A program made the position numbers and the translations under genes. From NCBI GenBank assembly GCA_964247055.1, contig OZ176051.1:10912001-10976000 (forward strand): a DNA stretch of 64,000 bases, in the 5' to 3' direction. This document shows positions 1 to 13,000 of this stretch, piece after piece. The DNA comes from Paragordius varius. Lineage: Eukaryota; Animalia; Nematomorpha. Positions within the stretch are counted from its first letter, which is position 1; each line of letters opens with the position of its first letter. A model generated the notes under the pieces. The model saw nothing but the letters and a program-made list of their open reading frames with translations. It did no database searches and was not told the DNA's origin.

Positions 1-665
1 TTAACCAATCGATTTTATATTATAAAAACATTCCTATATTTTTCCAAAAAAATGGGGATTGTTAAAATAATGAACATAATAAATGGTAATTAATTTTTCT
101 AGTGATATCATGAAATTAAGAACTGGTTGAAAATCTATGACATATGGATGATATTTAAAAGCTTGTACGATTCGGTTTTGGACTTACAATGAGAAAATTA
201 TTATTCTTTTTCAGATGCTCCATATCAGAAAATGGCAATTTGAACGCTTTTTAAATAAAAATACGGTGAAAGTAGATTGCTTCTTCTAAATATCTCACTA
301 AAATCGATTATAAGCTATACATAAAATGTAAAACAATATTAATTTATAGATGTGTCTGAAAGTCTCATGCGTGTTTTCTCAAAAAAGTAAAAATGCCGAG
401 ATTGCGCGATAAGAATTTTAAACATAAGCTAAATTATTACATCCTGAATTCTAAAAAATGGATGATTTGCTATATCGAACGATTTGTCGAATCAATTTTT
501 ATGGTATTTCGAAGCATTTCCAATTTCAATGGTGCTGAACATTTCAGCACCTATGTTTTTTAAACTAATGTGTTTGATTTTTAAATAGTTTTTATGTAAA
601 AAACAAAAAAGTAAAAGCTTATATATATCGAAAGATTATTATTGAAAATCAAGGTTTAGCATCAC

Positions 666-700
<35 letters not shown>

Positions 701-702
<2 letters not shown>

Positions 703-2005
703 TTTCCCAGTCAAAATAAATGTTTTCCCAGTCAATCGAAACATTTTCCCAATCAATCGAAACGTTTTCCCAGTCATCGAAACATTTTCCCAGTCAATCG
801 AAACATTTTCCCAGTCAATCGAAACATTTTCCCAGTCAATAAAAACATTTTCCCAATCAATAAAAACGTTTTCCCAAACAAAAACGGTTTTTTTTTATGA
901 TAAATATCAAAACAAGAGTTTAAAAAAAACTTTTAACCATTATCAGCGTAATATTAGGATATTATTTTTCATAAAAACACAATTATTGAATGACAATTTT
1001 TCCAAGTATATTCCCGTACACAATTAATGACTTATTTTTTAAAAGTCATATATTTGGAATTTGAGATGTTTTTAAGATAATATTTTTTATTTTATCGATG
1101 GTTTGCATTAATCTTTGCGGATCGCTTCACAACAGTTTTTAAATATCTCAAGTTTGATAAAAATACTGTCGGAAAAAATATCTAAACGAAATGATTTTAT
1201 GATAAAAATGTTTTTGATTTAAAAATATTTAATAAAAAGGATATTCACTAAAACAAGGGTGACCAACTAAATGCCTTTGCGGGCCGCAATTTTAACTCAA
1301 AAAGCACACCGTTCCGCATTCGAATATATACGGGCATTCACATAATTTTTCGATTAATAAGACTGTAAAATATAAACACAATATAACAAATTTTTTTAAT
1401 TCGTTACCAATTTAATAGACTCATAAATATACGTAAGAAATATGAATATTACTGAGATTTTGTGGGCATATTTTTGCATATGGATTTCCAAATTTTTCAC
1501 GGCCGCACAGATACTCGGAAGACCGCCTTAGCCGCTTGATGAAGCAAATAATAAATATTATAAAATTAGAATTATTTGTTTAAGATCCAATGTGAAGTGT
1601 TAAATAAACCTGCAAATATGAATGCGAACCATCGATAAAATAAAAAATATTATCTTAAAAACATCTCAAATTCCAAATATATAACTTTTAAAGAATAAGT
1701 CATTAATGATTGTGCACTGGATAATTGGAAAAATTGTCATTCATTAATTGTGTTTTTAATCAAAAATAACCATATATTACGCAGATAATGGTTAAAAGTT
1801 GTTTTTAAACTCTTGTTTTGATATTTATCATCAAAAAACCGTTTTAATTTAGGAAAACGTTTTTATTGATTGGGAAAATGTTTTTATTGACTGGGAAAAT
1901 GTTTCGATTGACTGGGAAAACGTTTCGATTGACTGGGAAAACGTTTCGTTTGGCTGGGAAAATGTTTCGATTGACTGGGAAAATGTTTTTTAAACTGGGA
2001 AATGG
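701..2005. mobile_element. Non-autonomous long-TIR element (about 400-bp TIRs, CCATTTCCCAGTC termini, subterminal 20-bp tandem repeats)
   Basis: 701-~1115 is the reverse complement of ~1615-2005. Both arms carry arrays of AAACRTTTTCCCAGTCAATCG-type 20-mers. The left end abuts (TA)n and the right end reads GGGAAATGG. No ORF in the spacer. Confidence 0.85.
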
Positions 2006-2031
2006 TGTATATGATACAAATATTATATATA

Positions 2032-4184
2032 CCATTTCCCAGTCAAAATAAACGTTTTCCCAGTCAATCGAAACGTTTTCCCAGTCAATCGAAACATTTT
2101 CACAGTCAATCGAAACATTTTCCCAGTCAATAAAAACGGTTTTATTTTGATAATAAATATTAAAACAAGATACAAAAATAACTTTTAACCATTATCAGCG
2201 TAATATTAGGATATTATTTTGCATAAAAAAACAATTATTGAACAATTTTTCCCATTACTACACAATCTTTAACTTATTCTTTGAAAGCTATATTTTATTA
2301 ACTGGAGGAGTATTTGATGGTTTTTGAGATATATTTAGAAAATTAATAATTTATTTATTTTATCAATGGTTCGCATTAATATTCGGAGCTAACCTGAATA
2401 TCTATAGTTTCGGATTGAATCATAAAATTTAAATATTTTCAACTCTTTATATATCAAAAAGGAAACCTTTCAACTTTGTCCTTGGTCAAAATACTGTTTT
2501 AAAAAATAATTTTACGATGAAAAAGTTGATTTTTAATGAAAAAATATATTGGATAAAATACAAATACATAATATTATGGTACGCAAGTTTATGTTAATTT
2601 GAGATGTTTAAGGATGACATTTTAATGTTTGGCTAATCTGAAATGCTTATGGTATATATCCTTGTTACTTATATACAATTTTGCAGCGATTAAATTTTAG
2701 ATAACGAGTTGTTAACCTTTTCTGATCTGGTGTGCAATATTGTAATTAAAAAATATTATACCATTATTTTCTCGTCTGCTTTTTATTTATTGGATACTTA
2801 CGTTGAGATATCAATAATTTTTTATTTTGCTTACATCAAATTATCTATATAAGGTTAATTTTATTTAATAAAATTTAGTAATGTAACAGGAATCAAGAAA
2901 AAATTAGTTATATCTCAACAAGATAGGAAGCGATTAGTAAAACGATTTTTTTTATGTAGAATGGACTGTGAATGTATCAAAGGATTTAAATATAAACTAT
3001 AATACTGCTCGTCAAATTATGTATAAATATAAAAAAAACAATAGTTCAGAAATTCTAACTCGTGGAGGCACTAAAAACAATATTTACGGAAGATATTATG
3101 CATTTCATAGATAATATACTAACTTATCAGCCGTCATTAACAATTCAGTTAAAAAAAATTTTGTAAGATGAAAAAAAATTATCTAAATCCTCTATAGACC
3201 GAGTAATCAAATCTTTAAAAATAACTTTGAAGTTAGCCCATCATCTTAATGATGTCAATGATCCTCAAATAATAGATTTAAGAAAAAAATACGCAATATG
3301 GTTTTCACAATCTTTTTCTGATGACTTAACAAATATTACTTATTTGGATGAATGCGGTTATAATTACCATATTATAAGAAGCCAAGGTCAATCCAAAAGT
3401 GGCACGAGAGCCAATATTGTGGTGCCTAGCGTAAAAGGCAGCAACATCACTTTTATTGGAGCTATGTCATTAAGAGGTATGGTTTACTACGAAATGGAAA
3501 GCCAAAGAACAGTCAATTCCCAACGCTTTACAAGTTTTTTTGATGTCTGTGAATATTTAAACGGGACGATATTCAATATCATTTTATTATAGACAATGCA
3601 CGCATTCATAAAAAAATGAATTAAAAAAGGTAGAGCCGATTTATACAGATACAAAATTGATTATTTGTCCCCGTACTGTTATATGTTGAACCCAATCGAA
3701 ATGACATTTTTCAAAAATGAAAAAAAATTTTGTCCGACAAAATATTATATTAAATAATATTAATACGAATGTGGAATTAGTGAATTTGATAAAATTGACA
3801 GCGGGCTCTATAACGTCGGAGGATAGTAGAAATTACTTTGAAAAGATAATGACAGATATGGTAAAGGCGCCAGCCGGTTTACCGTATATGTGATCTTTTT
3901 ATAACATACAATAAATGATAATCATTTTTTAATATATTATCTCAATTTGTCTCTCTAATAAAATCAAACAATGATTGATTTATTTAGGTATATTTGTACA
4001 GTAATAAAAGTCATTAAAGATTGTTTAGTGGTATATATGCGAAATATTGCGATTCAATAATTGTGTTTTTATGCGAAATAATATCTTAATATTACGCTGA
4101 TAATGGTTAAAAGTTATTTTTGTATCTTTTTTTATATTTATTATCAAAAATAAAACCGTTTTTATTGAGTGGGAAAACGTTTCG
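2032..4184 (+). mobile_element. Same long-TIR family carrying a decayed IS630/Tc1-type transposase
   Basis: TA|CCATTTCCCAGTC start, left TIR to ~2390, partial right TIR ~4050-4184, with transposase remnant between. Confidence 0.75.
2962..3892 (+). pseudogene. IS630/Tc1-like DDE transposase, frameshifted
   Basis: Across frames: ITYLDECGYN, KGSNITFIGAMSLRG, IDNARIH and YLSPYCYMLNPIE (the PYSPxLNPIE motif). D-to-E spacing is about 34-35 after correcting frameshifts. Includes ORF 3227-3592. Confidence 0.85.
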
Positions 4185-4188
4185 CTTG

Positions 4189-5413
4189 CATTTCCCAGTC
4201 TAAAAAAAACGTATTCCCAGTCAATCGAAACGTTTTCCCAGTCAATAAAAACGGTTTTATTTTTGATGATATATATCAATACAAGAAAATAAAAACAACT
4301 TTTAACCATTTTCAGCGTAATATATGGAGATTATTTTTGATTAAAAACACATTTAATGAATGACAATTTTTCCAATTATCCAGTGCACAATCATTAATGA
4401 CTTATTCTTTAAAAGTTATATTTTTTATAATTTGAGATATTTTTAAAATAATATTTTTTATTTTATCGATGGTTTGCATTAATATTTTTGGAACGCCTCA
4501 CAACAGTTTTAAAATATGTCAATGTCAATAAAATATTGACGGAAAAAATTAAACGAAAAGATTTTTTGATAAAAATGTTTTTGATTTAAAAATATTTAAT
4601 AAAAAGGATATTTACTAAAACAAGGGTGTCCAATTAAATGCCTTTGCGAACCGCATTTTTAACTCAAAAAAGCACACCGTTCCGCACTCGAAATATATAC
4701 GGACTTTCATATAATTTTTCGATTAATAAGACTGTAAAATACAAACACAATATAACATTTTTTGAATTCGTTACCAATTTAATAGACTCATTCATAATAA
4801 TTGCGTAAGATATATATTACTAAGATTTTGTGGGGATATTTTTGCATATGGATTTCTAAATTTTTCGCTGGCCGCACAAAGATACTAGAAAGGCTGCCTT
4901 AGCCCCCCGATGAAGCAATAAATAATATAAAATTAGGGTAAATTTTTTGTTTAAGATCCAATATGAAGTGTCAAACGACCTTTCTAAAAATGGTATATTT
5001 TTATAAATTTTATTATTTCCTCCGTAACTATAGATTTTTTAAGTTAGCCGCAAATATGAATGCGAACCATTGATAAAATAAAAAATATTATCTTAAAAAC
5101 ATCTAAAATTCCAAAAAATATAACTTTTAAAGAATAAGTCATTAATGATTGTGCACTGGATAATTGGAAAAATTGTCATTCAATAATTGTGTTTTTAATC
5201 AAAAATAATCTCCATATATTACGCTGATAATAGTTAGAAGTTGTTTTTATATTGTTTTGATATTTATCATCAAAAATAAAACCGTTTTTGACTGGAAAAA
5301 CGTTTTTATTGATTGGGAAAATGTTTTTAAATGACTGGGAAAATGTTTCGATTGACTGGGAAAACGTTTCGATTGACTGGGAAAATGTTTCGATTGACTG
5401 AGAAAACGTTTCG
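4189..5413. mobile_element. Third copy of the long-TIR family, non-autonomous, right end truncated
   Basis: Starts CATTTCCCAGTC. Its spacer (~4490-5045) is homologous to ~1116-1614 and the inverted arm ~5050-5413 carries the 20-mer array. Confidence 0.8.
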
Positions 5414-5738
5414 AAATTAAATGAAGATTATATTTTGCTAAAATTTTGTAAAATAAAGGCGTCCAAGTAGTTTGACATGGAAATTTTTTTTAAAACAAAT
5501 TTTTTTTAATATTTTGGTATTTTTTATAATTATTGGGATAGAAGCATTAAATTAGGACCGCTGACTTCAGTAGTTTTTTCGAAATCCCAACTCAAATTTA
5601 GTCTGGGGTATTCAGATACCCCAATTAGAATCCAAGTGTTATTTAAAATATTTATTGCGTAATCTTGACTTTTTGCGTTATTTCAAGCCTGTCCTTTCGG
5701 AATGGGTCAAATTTTAGCCTCCCGTCGCCCTTATTTAA

Positions 5739-6175
5739 CACTTGGATACAACATGTTCATTTCAGTCCTTCGATTCAACTTTTTGTGGTAGTTAGATACC
5801 CCAGGCCTGTTTAAAATTAAATACTTCATAAATATGGAAGGAATTAGAACAATGGCAAACATGTGTGCCTAAGCTGATTATATAAATAATGCAAACTATA
5901 CCACTCTTTCTGTTTATATTAAGTTAAATGTGATTTAATAAAAAGGTAACTTATAGCCTTAGAATCAAATAAACACGATATTTTGCAAAAATGTTGTAAA
6001 ATTAAAATGGCACCTAAGTAGTTTTATACGGATCTTTTTTTTTCAAAACTCTATTATCAAGAAGTTTCGGTCTTTTTATATAATATTTAATATGTTAAAA
6101 GCAAAAATTTAACTGACCGCTTCTTTCACTAATTTTTTAAAAATATAAATTTATACTCCAATTTGAATCGAAGCG
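5739..6175. mobile_element. TTAA-flanked MITE (piggyBac-like), CACTTGGAT terminus
   Basis: TTAA|CACTTGGATAC ... GAAGCG|TTAA. Homologous to 26663-27225. Partial copies at ~5460-5638 and ~34740-34918. Confidence 0.6.
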
Positions 6176-7065
6176 TTAATTAAAATTTATATAAATATTG
6201 TTTGAGTTTATGTGGAAACTATGATAATTCAGTGATACTCACCGAAAAATTTTTAAGGACCGCAAAATTTATTTTTGTCTAACGTGTTTTTAATACAGTT
6301 AAAAATCTCATAGCTGTTTGACACATATGAAGATATTTGTCCTCAAAAGTACATCAAAAAATTTATTCATAATTTAGGCGCCTTAAAAAAGTAATGTTAG
6401 GGTCGCTGTTTGAGTATAGCTGATTCATTTTATTAATATTTATGGAAGCATTAAGCTTTGGCTAAATTCTTTTATTTAGCATCATGTGCGCCAATTTTAC
6501 TTTTATCAGATAACCAGTAAAAAATGGCACCCTTATATTACTGGTTAAGCTGAAACCAAAAGCACCATACAATACTGACACATTTTACCATCAGAATATA
6601 TATCTTTCAATTTTTTAGCTCGAGATTTAGAACACTGTATTAGGTATGGCGACTCGGTATCAGTAATTTCTATATCCAAAAAATGAAATAAAAATAATGC
6701 CTTACTTTATATAATTGGTTTTAATAAAAAATTTTTTGGGTCAAACATCTACTTCACACTAATTTATTGCATAATTTGCTTTATTACAATGATTTAAGAT
6801 AGAACCATAAAAATAATGTTAATAAACTAATGCCAAACTAAGAAAATCCTCATATATTTGCATCAGAATTTTATGGATATAATTTTGTTTACATAGTGTG
6901 CTTATTATTTGCTTATATCAAGATGAGGCTTATTTTTATGGAATTATATACTAATATTAAATAATAATAGACTGGTATAAATATTGTTACCTATAATAAT
7001 ACTAAAGAAGTAAAAATATATTTATCAGCTGTGCTACATAATATGTAAATTCTCAACTGTTTCAC

Positions 7066-10000
7066 ATGATATCTAGAGCTTCTAGTCTTATTCTAATATT
7101 AATCTTAATTCTAAATTTATATTTGGCCCAAAAAGGTATCAAACATATTGGTTTTTATACTTATAATTGTAGACTTATACTTTTTGAATTCATATTTATT
7201 TTATGATATAAAAAAATTATTTGGCTTCCAACAACCAAATTTATTTACAAAATTATAAGAGAGCTTTAATTTTATTAATTTAACTATCTTTCAAATTAAA
7301 TAAAATTTTTTATCCTTATATTCTATAATTACAGGCCATAGTTTATTTGCATTTTTAATGAAAACATTGATCTTTAACATCTGTTCTTTTTGATAACTGA
7401 AACGTGCAATTAATTATTAAGTTTTAGATTTTTGTACTTTTAAGTGTATATATGCTGCTATCTATTACTATAAATCACAATAATTACCTCTAACAGCTTT
7501 ATCAATATTTATTAATTTACAGATAAAATTGAACAAAAATTAAAAAATGAACCAAAATCAGAGGTTTACAAACTGTTAGTATTTACAGTTGGGACTGAAC
7601 GGACTGATGGTTATCTGCGATACTTGAGGTCTACCCAAGTATTTTCTGGATTATACCCGATAGTAAGTGAAAATTTATTTAAAATATATTTTTTACATTA
7701 ATCAAACATTGATCAGTCCGTAGAGTCTTAAAGTTTGGCCCACTTCGTTAAGTTTATGTTTTTTTTATTGATTTTCATATAGATGTTTCAGTATACGTGA
7801 GAGATTATTTATGTTCTACATTTGACTTTTGTAAAACAAACACAATAAGATTGATTTCCTTGCTTTCATTGAAAATTGAATCTGTTTCTTCCTTATTTTT
7901 TTATATTTTTCGTTTGTTGTATGCAATCGGTTCAATTTCTCCCAATTATAACTCTATTTTTGTAGTTTTTGTATTTTATTATTATTATTATTATTATTAT
8001 TGTATATTTGAATATAATTTTCATTATGTACCTGTCATATAATTTTTACCTTGATATTTTCGATATAAAAAAATGAGTTTTTTCGCAAAACTTTTTCTCA
8101 AAATTTTGTCGTTAAACTCTTATTTTTTTCTTTTATGACGATAATAAAACTATAATTCAACGTAAAAGATATATTTATAAGTGTTATATGGCTTTTATTG
8201 CCATAAAAAATATATATTGTCCTAATTTTTATTGAGACAAATGAACCGTTTGTCCGATTGTACTTTTTTATCTAAAGAATAATGTCAACACAAAAGAGAT
8301 ATAGATTTATTAACACACGCATATAACAATAATGTATCGTATTAGATATGTAAAATCATTTATTAATTAATTAAATTTACATAAACAAAAATCTTGTCCT
8401 TAAACTTTATATATATATATATATATGCTTGATAAGGATGATATATTTTTACCTTGCCAATTAATTACCGCATGAATGATTCAAAATACATGTACTACGA
8501 TTTGGATTTGTACAAAAAATTAACTTCCCAAACTTAAGAAAGGTAAAAGTTTATATTGCAAGTAGTAAAATCGGTGTTCCATTACCTTTTGGGGTATTTC
8601 TCAATTTCAGAGCGATTAGAAATATGTTTTTCAAAAGGATTTTAGATACTAGGCCGAATTTAAAAATATAATTTCTATAGTCTTTTACGGGCGGTATATA
8701 ATTTTTTTTTGAAAAAATGTAAAATTGTAAGAAACTCACCCCAAACCTTTTTACCGCCATTATAAATTTTTTGAATCGGTAATGCATCAAGCAAATAGAT
8801 GTATATAATGGTTAGAAATCGTAATTGATCAACTTTAAATAACATGCAGGCTACATTTTGTCAGTAAAACTTGATATAATTTTATTTTCAGTTGTTCGTT
8901 TTATTTGTGTTTTGGAGCTGTCCGAATTTGGGACGCTAGAAGTCATAAAACTGTTAAAAATAGCTTTTATAACTAACACATGAGAATTTGAAAATTAATT
9001 TACCTTAAATACTTTTCAAATTGTAGTTTATTTGTAAAATTGAACTTTAGGATGCAAAACCCAAAAGGTATATTAGGACAAAAAAGTGAAAAGGTAATGC
9101 AGTGTTAATTGATTTTAAAATTTTGAATAGCACAGATACCTAAAATTTTTTTGTGCGGCCTGCAAAAAATTGATAGAATACCAAATAATATTGAAATTAT
9201 AAAATTTGTAAAATTACTTAAAATAATTAACCAAAATTATAGTGATTTCCCTAAAATTCTATCTCTTGAATCTGATAAACACCATTGATTGTTTTAACAG
9301 GGTTTTAATACCCTTAGTTATTTTATTTCGGTTAGGTATAATGTATTATCAGTAAGATATTGGCTATTTTTGCCAACGAAATAACATAAATAATTATTGA
9401 TATTATTAGTGCATATACGGATCCGTAAATTTATTAAAAGTTTATATATTGGTACCTATGTGTTTATATTTATTAAAAAATGCGGCCGCCAAATTTTATT
9501 ACCTGTAACCCTATTTTGTTAATCCCTGGTTAATGAAGAAAATTTGATTGAGAATAAGGTTTATTTTCTTGCTTAAATGCCATTATAAACAACTTAAGCC
9601 ATAAAAAACGAAAAAAATAAAACCGGATTTTCTTTCATAAACGGTTTTCAAAAAGTGTTTTTTCAATTTTTTATACGAGGCAAACCTTATTTTTTAATTT
9701 TTTTTATTTTCAAGTTTTTTAACAATCTATAATAACATAAAAAATTGTAAATTTGATACTTTTGAAATCGATATCTGGTTATTTAATTGTAATAACGCAT
9801 TCTGTGTCCCATTTTTTCATAACGCATTTATGTACATTTCTAGCCAATTTTTATCATAAAAATTTTTGTTGTTTAATAAGGAAAGTCTACTTATCTTTTG
9901 GGCCGTATATTGATTGCCTTATAAAATATTAACTAAATTAATGGTTCATTTGGTTAAATATTTTTGTTTTTATTGTTACAATTTTTGTGGTTAATGGCAT

Positions 10001-13000
10001 AACTTTTACCTTTTCGCACTATTGTGATATATTGAGCAAATTTTTTATTTGTTTTACCCGTGTCTCGTATATTAGTTTTTATAAATATTATATATTAATA
10101 TTCTTTTGTCAAAACTACGTTATTTAAACAAATTCATCTATGATATCATAGATTTATATATAAACGCCCATATTTCTTATCTCTATAATACATATATACA
10201 AATTTATGCAATATAGTTTATGTATACTAATCTATTTATTATCTTACTTTGACGTTAAATACTCGATAACTTAGTAATAATTAAATAAAAAAATTTAAAT
10301 CTTAACTATTTTAAACAGGGCCGTCCGGCAAAGACAAACTGTGGTTTCCGTTTAAGTGTTTTTGGTCATTTGGATCTGACTTCGGTTTCTTTTTTAATCG
10401 TAGATATCCCAATTTCTTTCAAAGAATTAATCTTTATAATTTAAATAAAATGAAAACATGTTATAATATTTTTTGGATCAGTTTTTTAATTTTGTAAAAG
10501 CTTTTGGTTTCAGTTCCAATCCTTTCTAAATATACCGAGTACCCGAACTTATATTGACCCCAATTGGAAAATAGTATCCGATTCATGTATGAGATACATT
10601 AGGATTATTATTTATTAAATTTCAATTATATTTACTTATCATATAATATAATAGATCTAATATTATTTATGTATTAAATAATAGGAATATAACTATATTT
10701 TTAAAATTTCTCATTATGCGCCTGATTTAGATCATTTATAGCCCAAGAACAAAAAGATTTATCAAAAGTCAGAAAAGTTTTTCACTATGAACATGAGTTA
10801 ATTACTTTATAAAAGCTGTTTATTTGAGCTCGTTACGCGGGGCAGTCCTGTGATATATATTTGCATTTGCTGATACTTTTCATTTTATTCTTGGTGGTCA
10901 CGCATTTATTTTTTCACATATTTACAAAGATTTTAACATAAATTATTTTGAATTTTTTAACAAAGTATTGCGAGTTAATTATCTCAAAATTAGGTAAGTT
11001 ATATTTAATGTTATGTAAGACTTTATGTCCTAAATAAAATTAAAAATACCTATTTTGAACATTTCCCATAATTTTAATTAGAAAAGAGCGCCAGCTGTTT
11101 GGCGCATTTTGTTTTTTACATTCATATCTAATATTTCAGACATTAAAATACTATTTTACTCACAAAATAATTTCCTATAGCTAACTAAAATCACATCCTA
11201 ATTTTCAACCATGTATTTTTGATTTAAGATTAGCTTTTAAAATTTAAGTAGCTAACCAATATTTAAATGCCCAAGAACAAGTTGATAAAACGGATGTTTA
11301 TTAAATCTTCCAAAAATTCGTTTCGGTTTAATTTTTGGCCGTAAACCATCATTTATGATAATATGTTTAATTTCACCATTATAAATTTTGTAGTAACATT
11401 TTGGGATACATATAAGGTATTTTGTTTTTTTTAATTTTAATTAACAAATATAAGCTACTTAAATTTCATCGTAAAACGATATCAAATTTATTTTTTATTT
11501 GGTTGACACTTATGTATATGACACAGTTTTCTTATCTAATTTTTTTATAAATTATGGTTTAAAATCGGCATTTTTATTCATCAAAGAAATGTCAACATTT
11601 GTGTAAAATACATAAGTATTTATAAAAAAAGAATGTTTTATTAAAAAGTGTCATTATAAAAAATATCACTCTTGACATACTTAACTTATAGTCTAAAAAT
11701 CAAAGTTTAAACCCAAAATCAATGAATGAATTCTTTAAAAAATATTTAATTAAATCCATATCTATGATTGCAAATATAAACGGCATTTTAAGTTTTATCA
11801 CGTCATAAATTGCTTATGTGCTAGGTAAATTTATAAAATGTTTTTGTTTACTTATTTCATAGACTCTGGGTATGAATGAAGAATGGATCGGAGGAGATGT
11901 ACAACATTTTCCAGGAGGTGGTCAAAAAATAAATCTGTTAAGGAGAGCGCTCATGCCATCAGAATTAATGCGTCACCATCTACGAATGATACAAGAACAA
12001 AATTTACCTGTTAAACAGCATTCATCTATATCTCCCACTCATACAACGTCTTCCATAATAAACTCACCTTTGTCATCTGAACATGAATCGTCTGCTTTAC
12101 TTTTGGCAACCTCCAAACAACAATTAGCAGACGATTCACCATCATATCAGGTGACATGGTATGATCCAAAAACATCCAAACTCCCATCCCAAAATATTAA
12201 CAATCCATTTCATAAAAGCAAATTTTTCACGTTATCAAAGGATACAGAAAGTAATGAAGACATCGAAGATGATGAAATATTTGACGCCCAAAACAAAAAT
12301 CAAGAGTGGCATGATGTAATGCGAAACGTTATTGTCCTTTTTACAGATAGGTATTTCTATTTAACTATATTTTTGCATGAAATATTTTGGATTTTAATTT
12401 TACAAGACGTTATTAATTTTAATTTCTTTTGCTGCGCATTTTTGTGCAATAGTATATCTCTCTTTCCAAAATAAATGTAACTTAATCTGTTGCATGTTTT
12501 TGAAAGCAAAGCTTTATTCCGAATTTAAGAATGAATAATCTTGGTGACGATAGCTGGTTATCATAGTTTAACCTGTTCGCTTTATGCCGTTTTTGAAGAT
12601 CAATATTAACTTTAAATAAAAATATTTCGGGTTTTAATATTTGAACTGAGAATCTCTTTGTATATCTTCTTAACATTTTACAGTTACGATGTGATATTTA
12701 ACGGTGATGCACTTAAAATTGTTGAATCATTTCTCAATTCCAAAGCCGGCATCTTATTTTCTTCCGAAGTGTTTTGTTGGCCGGACAGTTCCCTTGTTGT
12801 ATGAATTACTTTATTTTTTTTATATATTTAAATTAACTTTACTCAACATTGTAGTACCAAATATTATTGAAGTAAGTCATATATGTTTTTATATTATGCG
12901 TTTATCATTTCATATAACTTTTGTTGAGTTTGTGTTAATTTTTTTAGGACTCTTACCCGAAAACAAAGTCAAAGAATAGATTTTTAAATTCAGGAGGTAA

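Noticed and set aside
701-870. 20-bp direct repeat array as a CRISPR array
   Set aside because: The units are contiguous with no unique spacers, lie inside TIRs, and the locus is eukaryotic with no cas genes.
1844-2051. ORFs 1844-2035, 1866-2051, 4025-4309 and 4169-4363 with periodic peptides
   Set aside because: They are translations of the tandem-repeat TIRs, not genes.
7797-8042. 81-aa ORF with poly-Tyr
   Set aside because: It lies in PLOD intron 2 and is driven by a (TAT)n repeat; no homology signal.
10316-10850. Possible hAT MITE (CAGGGCCGTCC...GGCAGTCCTG)
   Set aside because: The TIR match is only 8/11 and the flanking 8-mers do not match.
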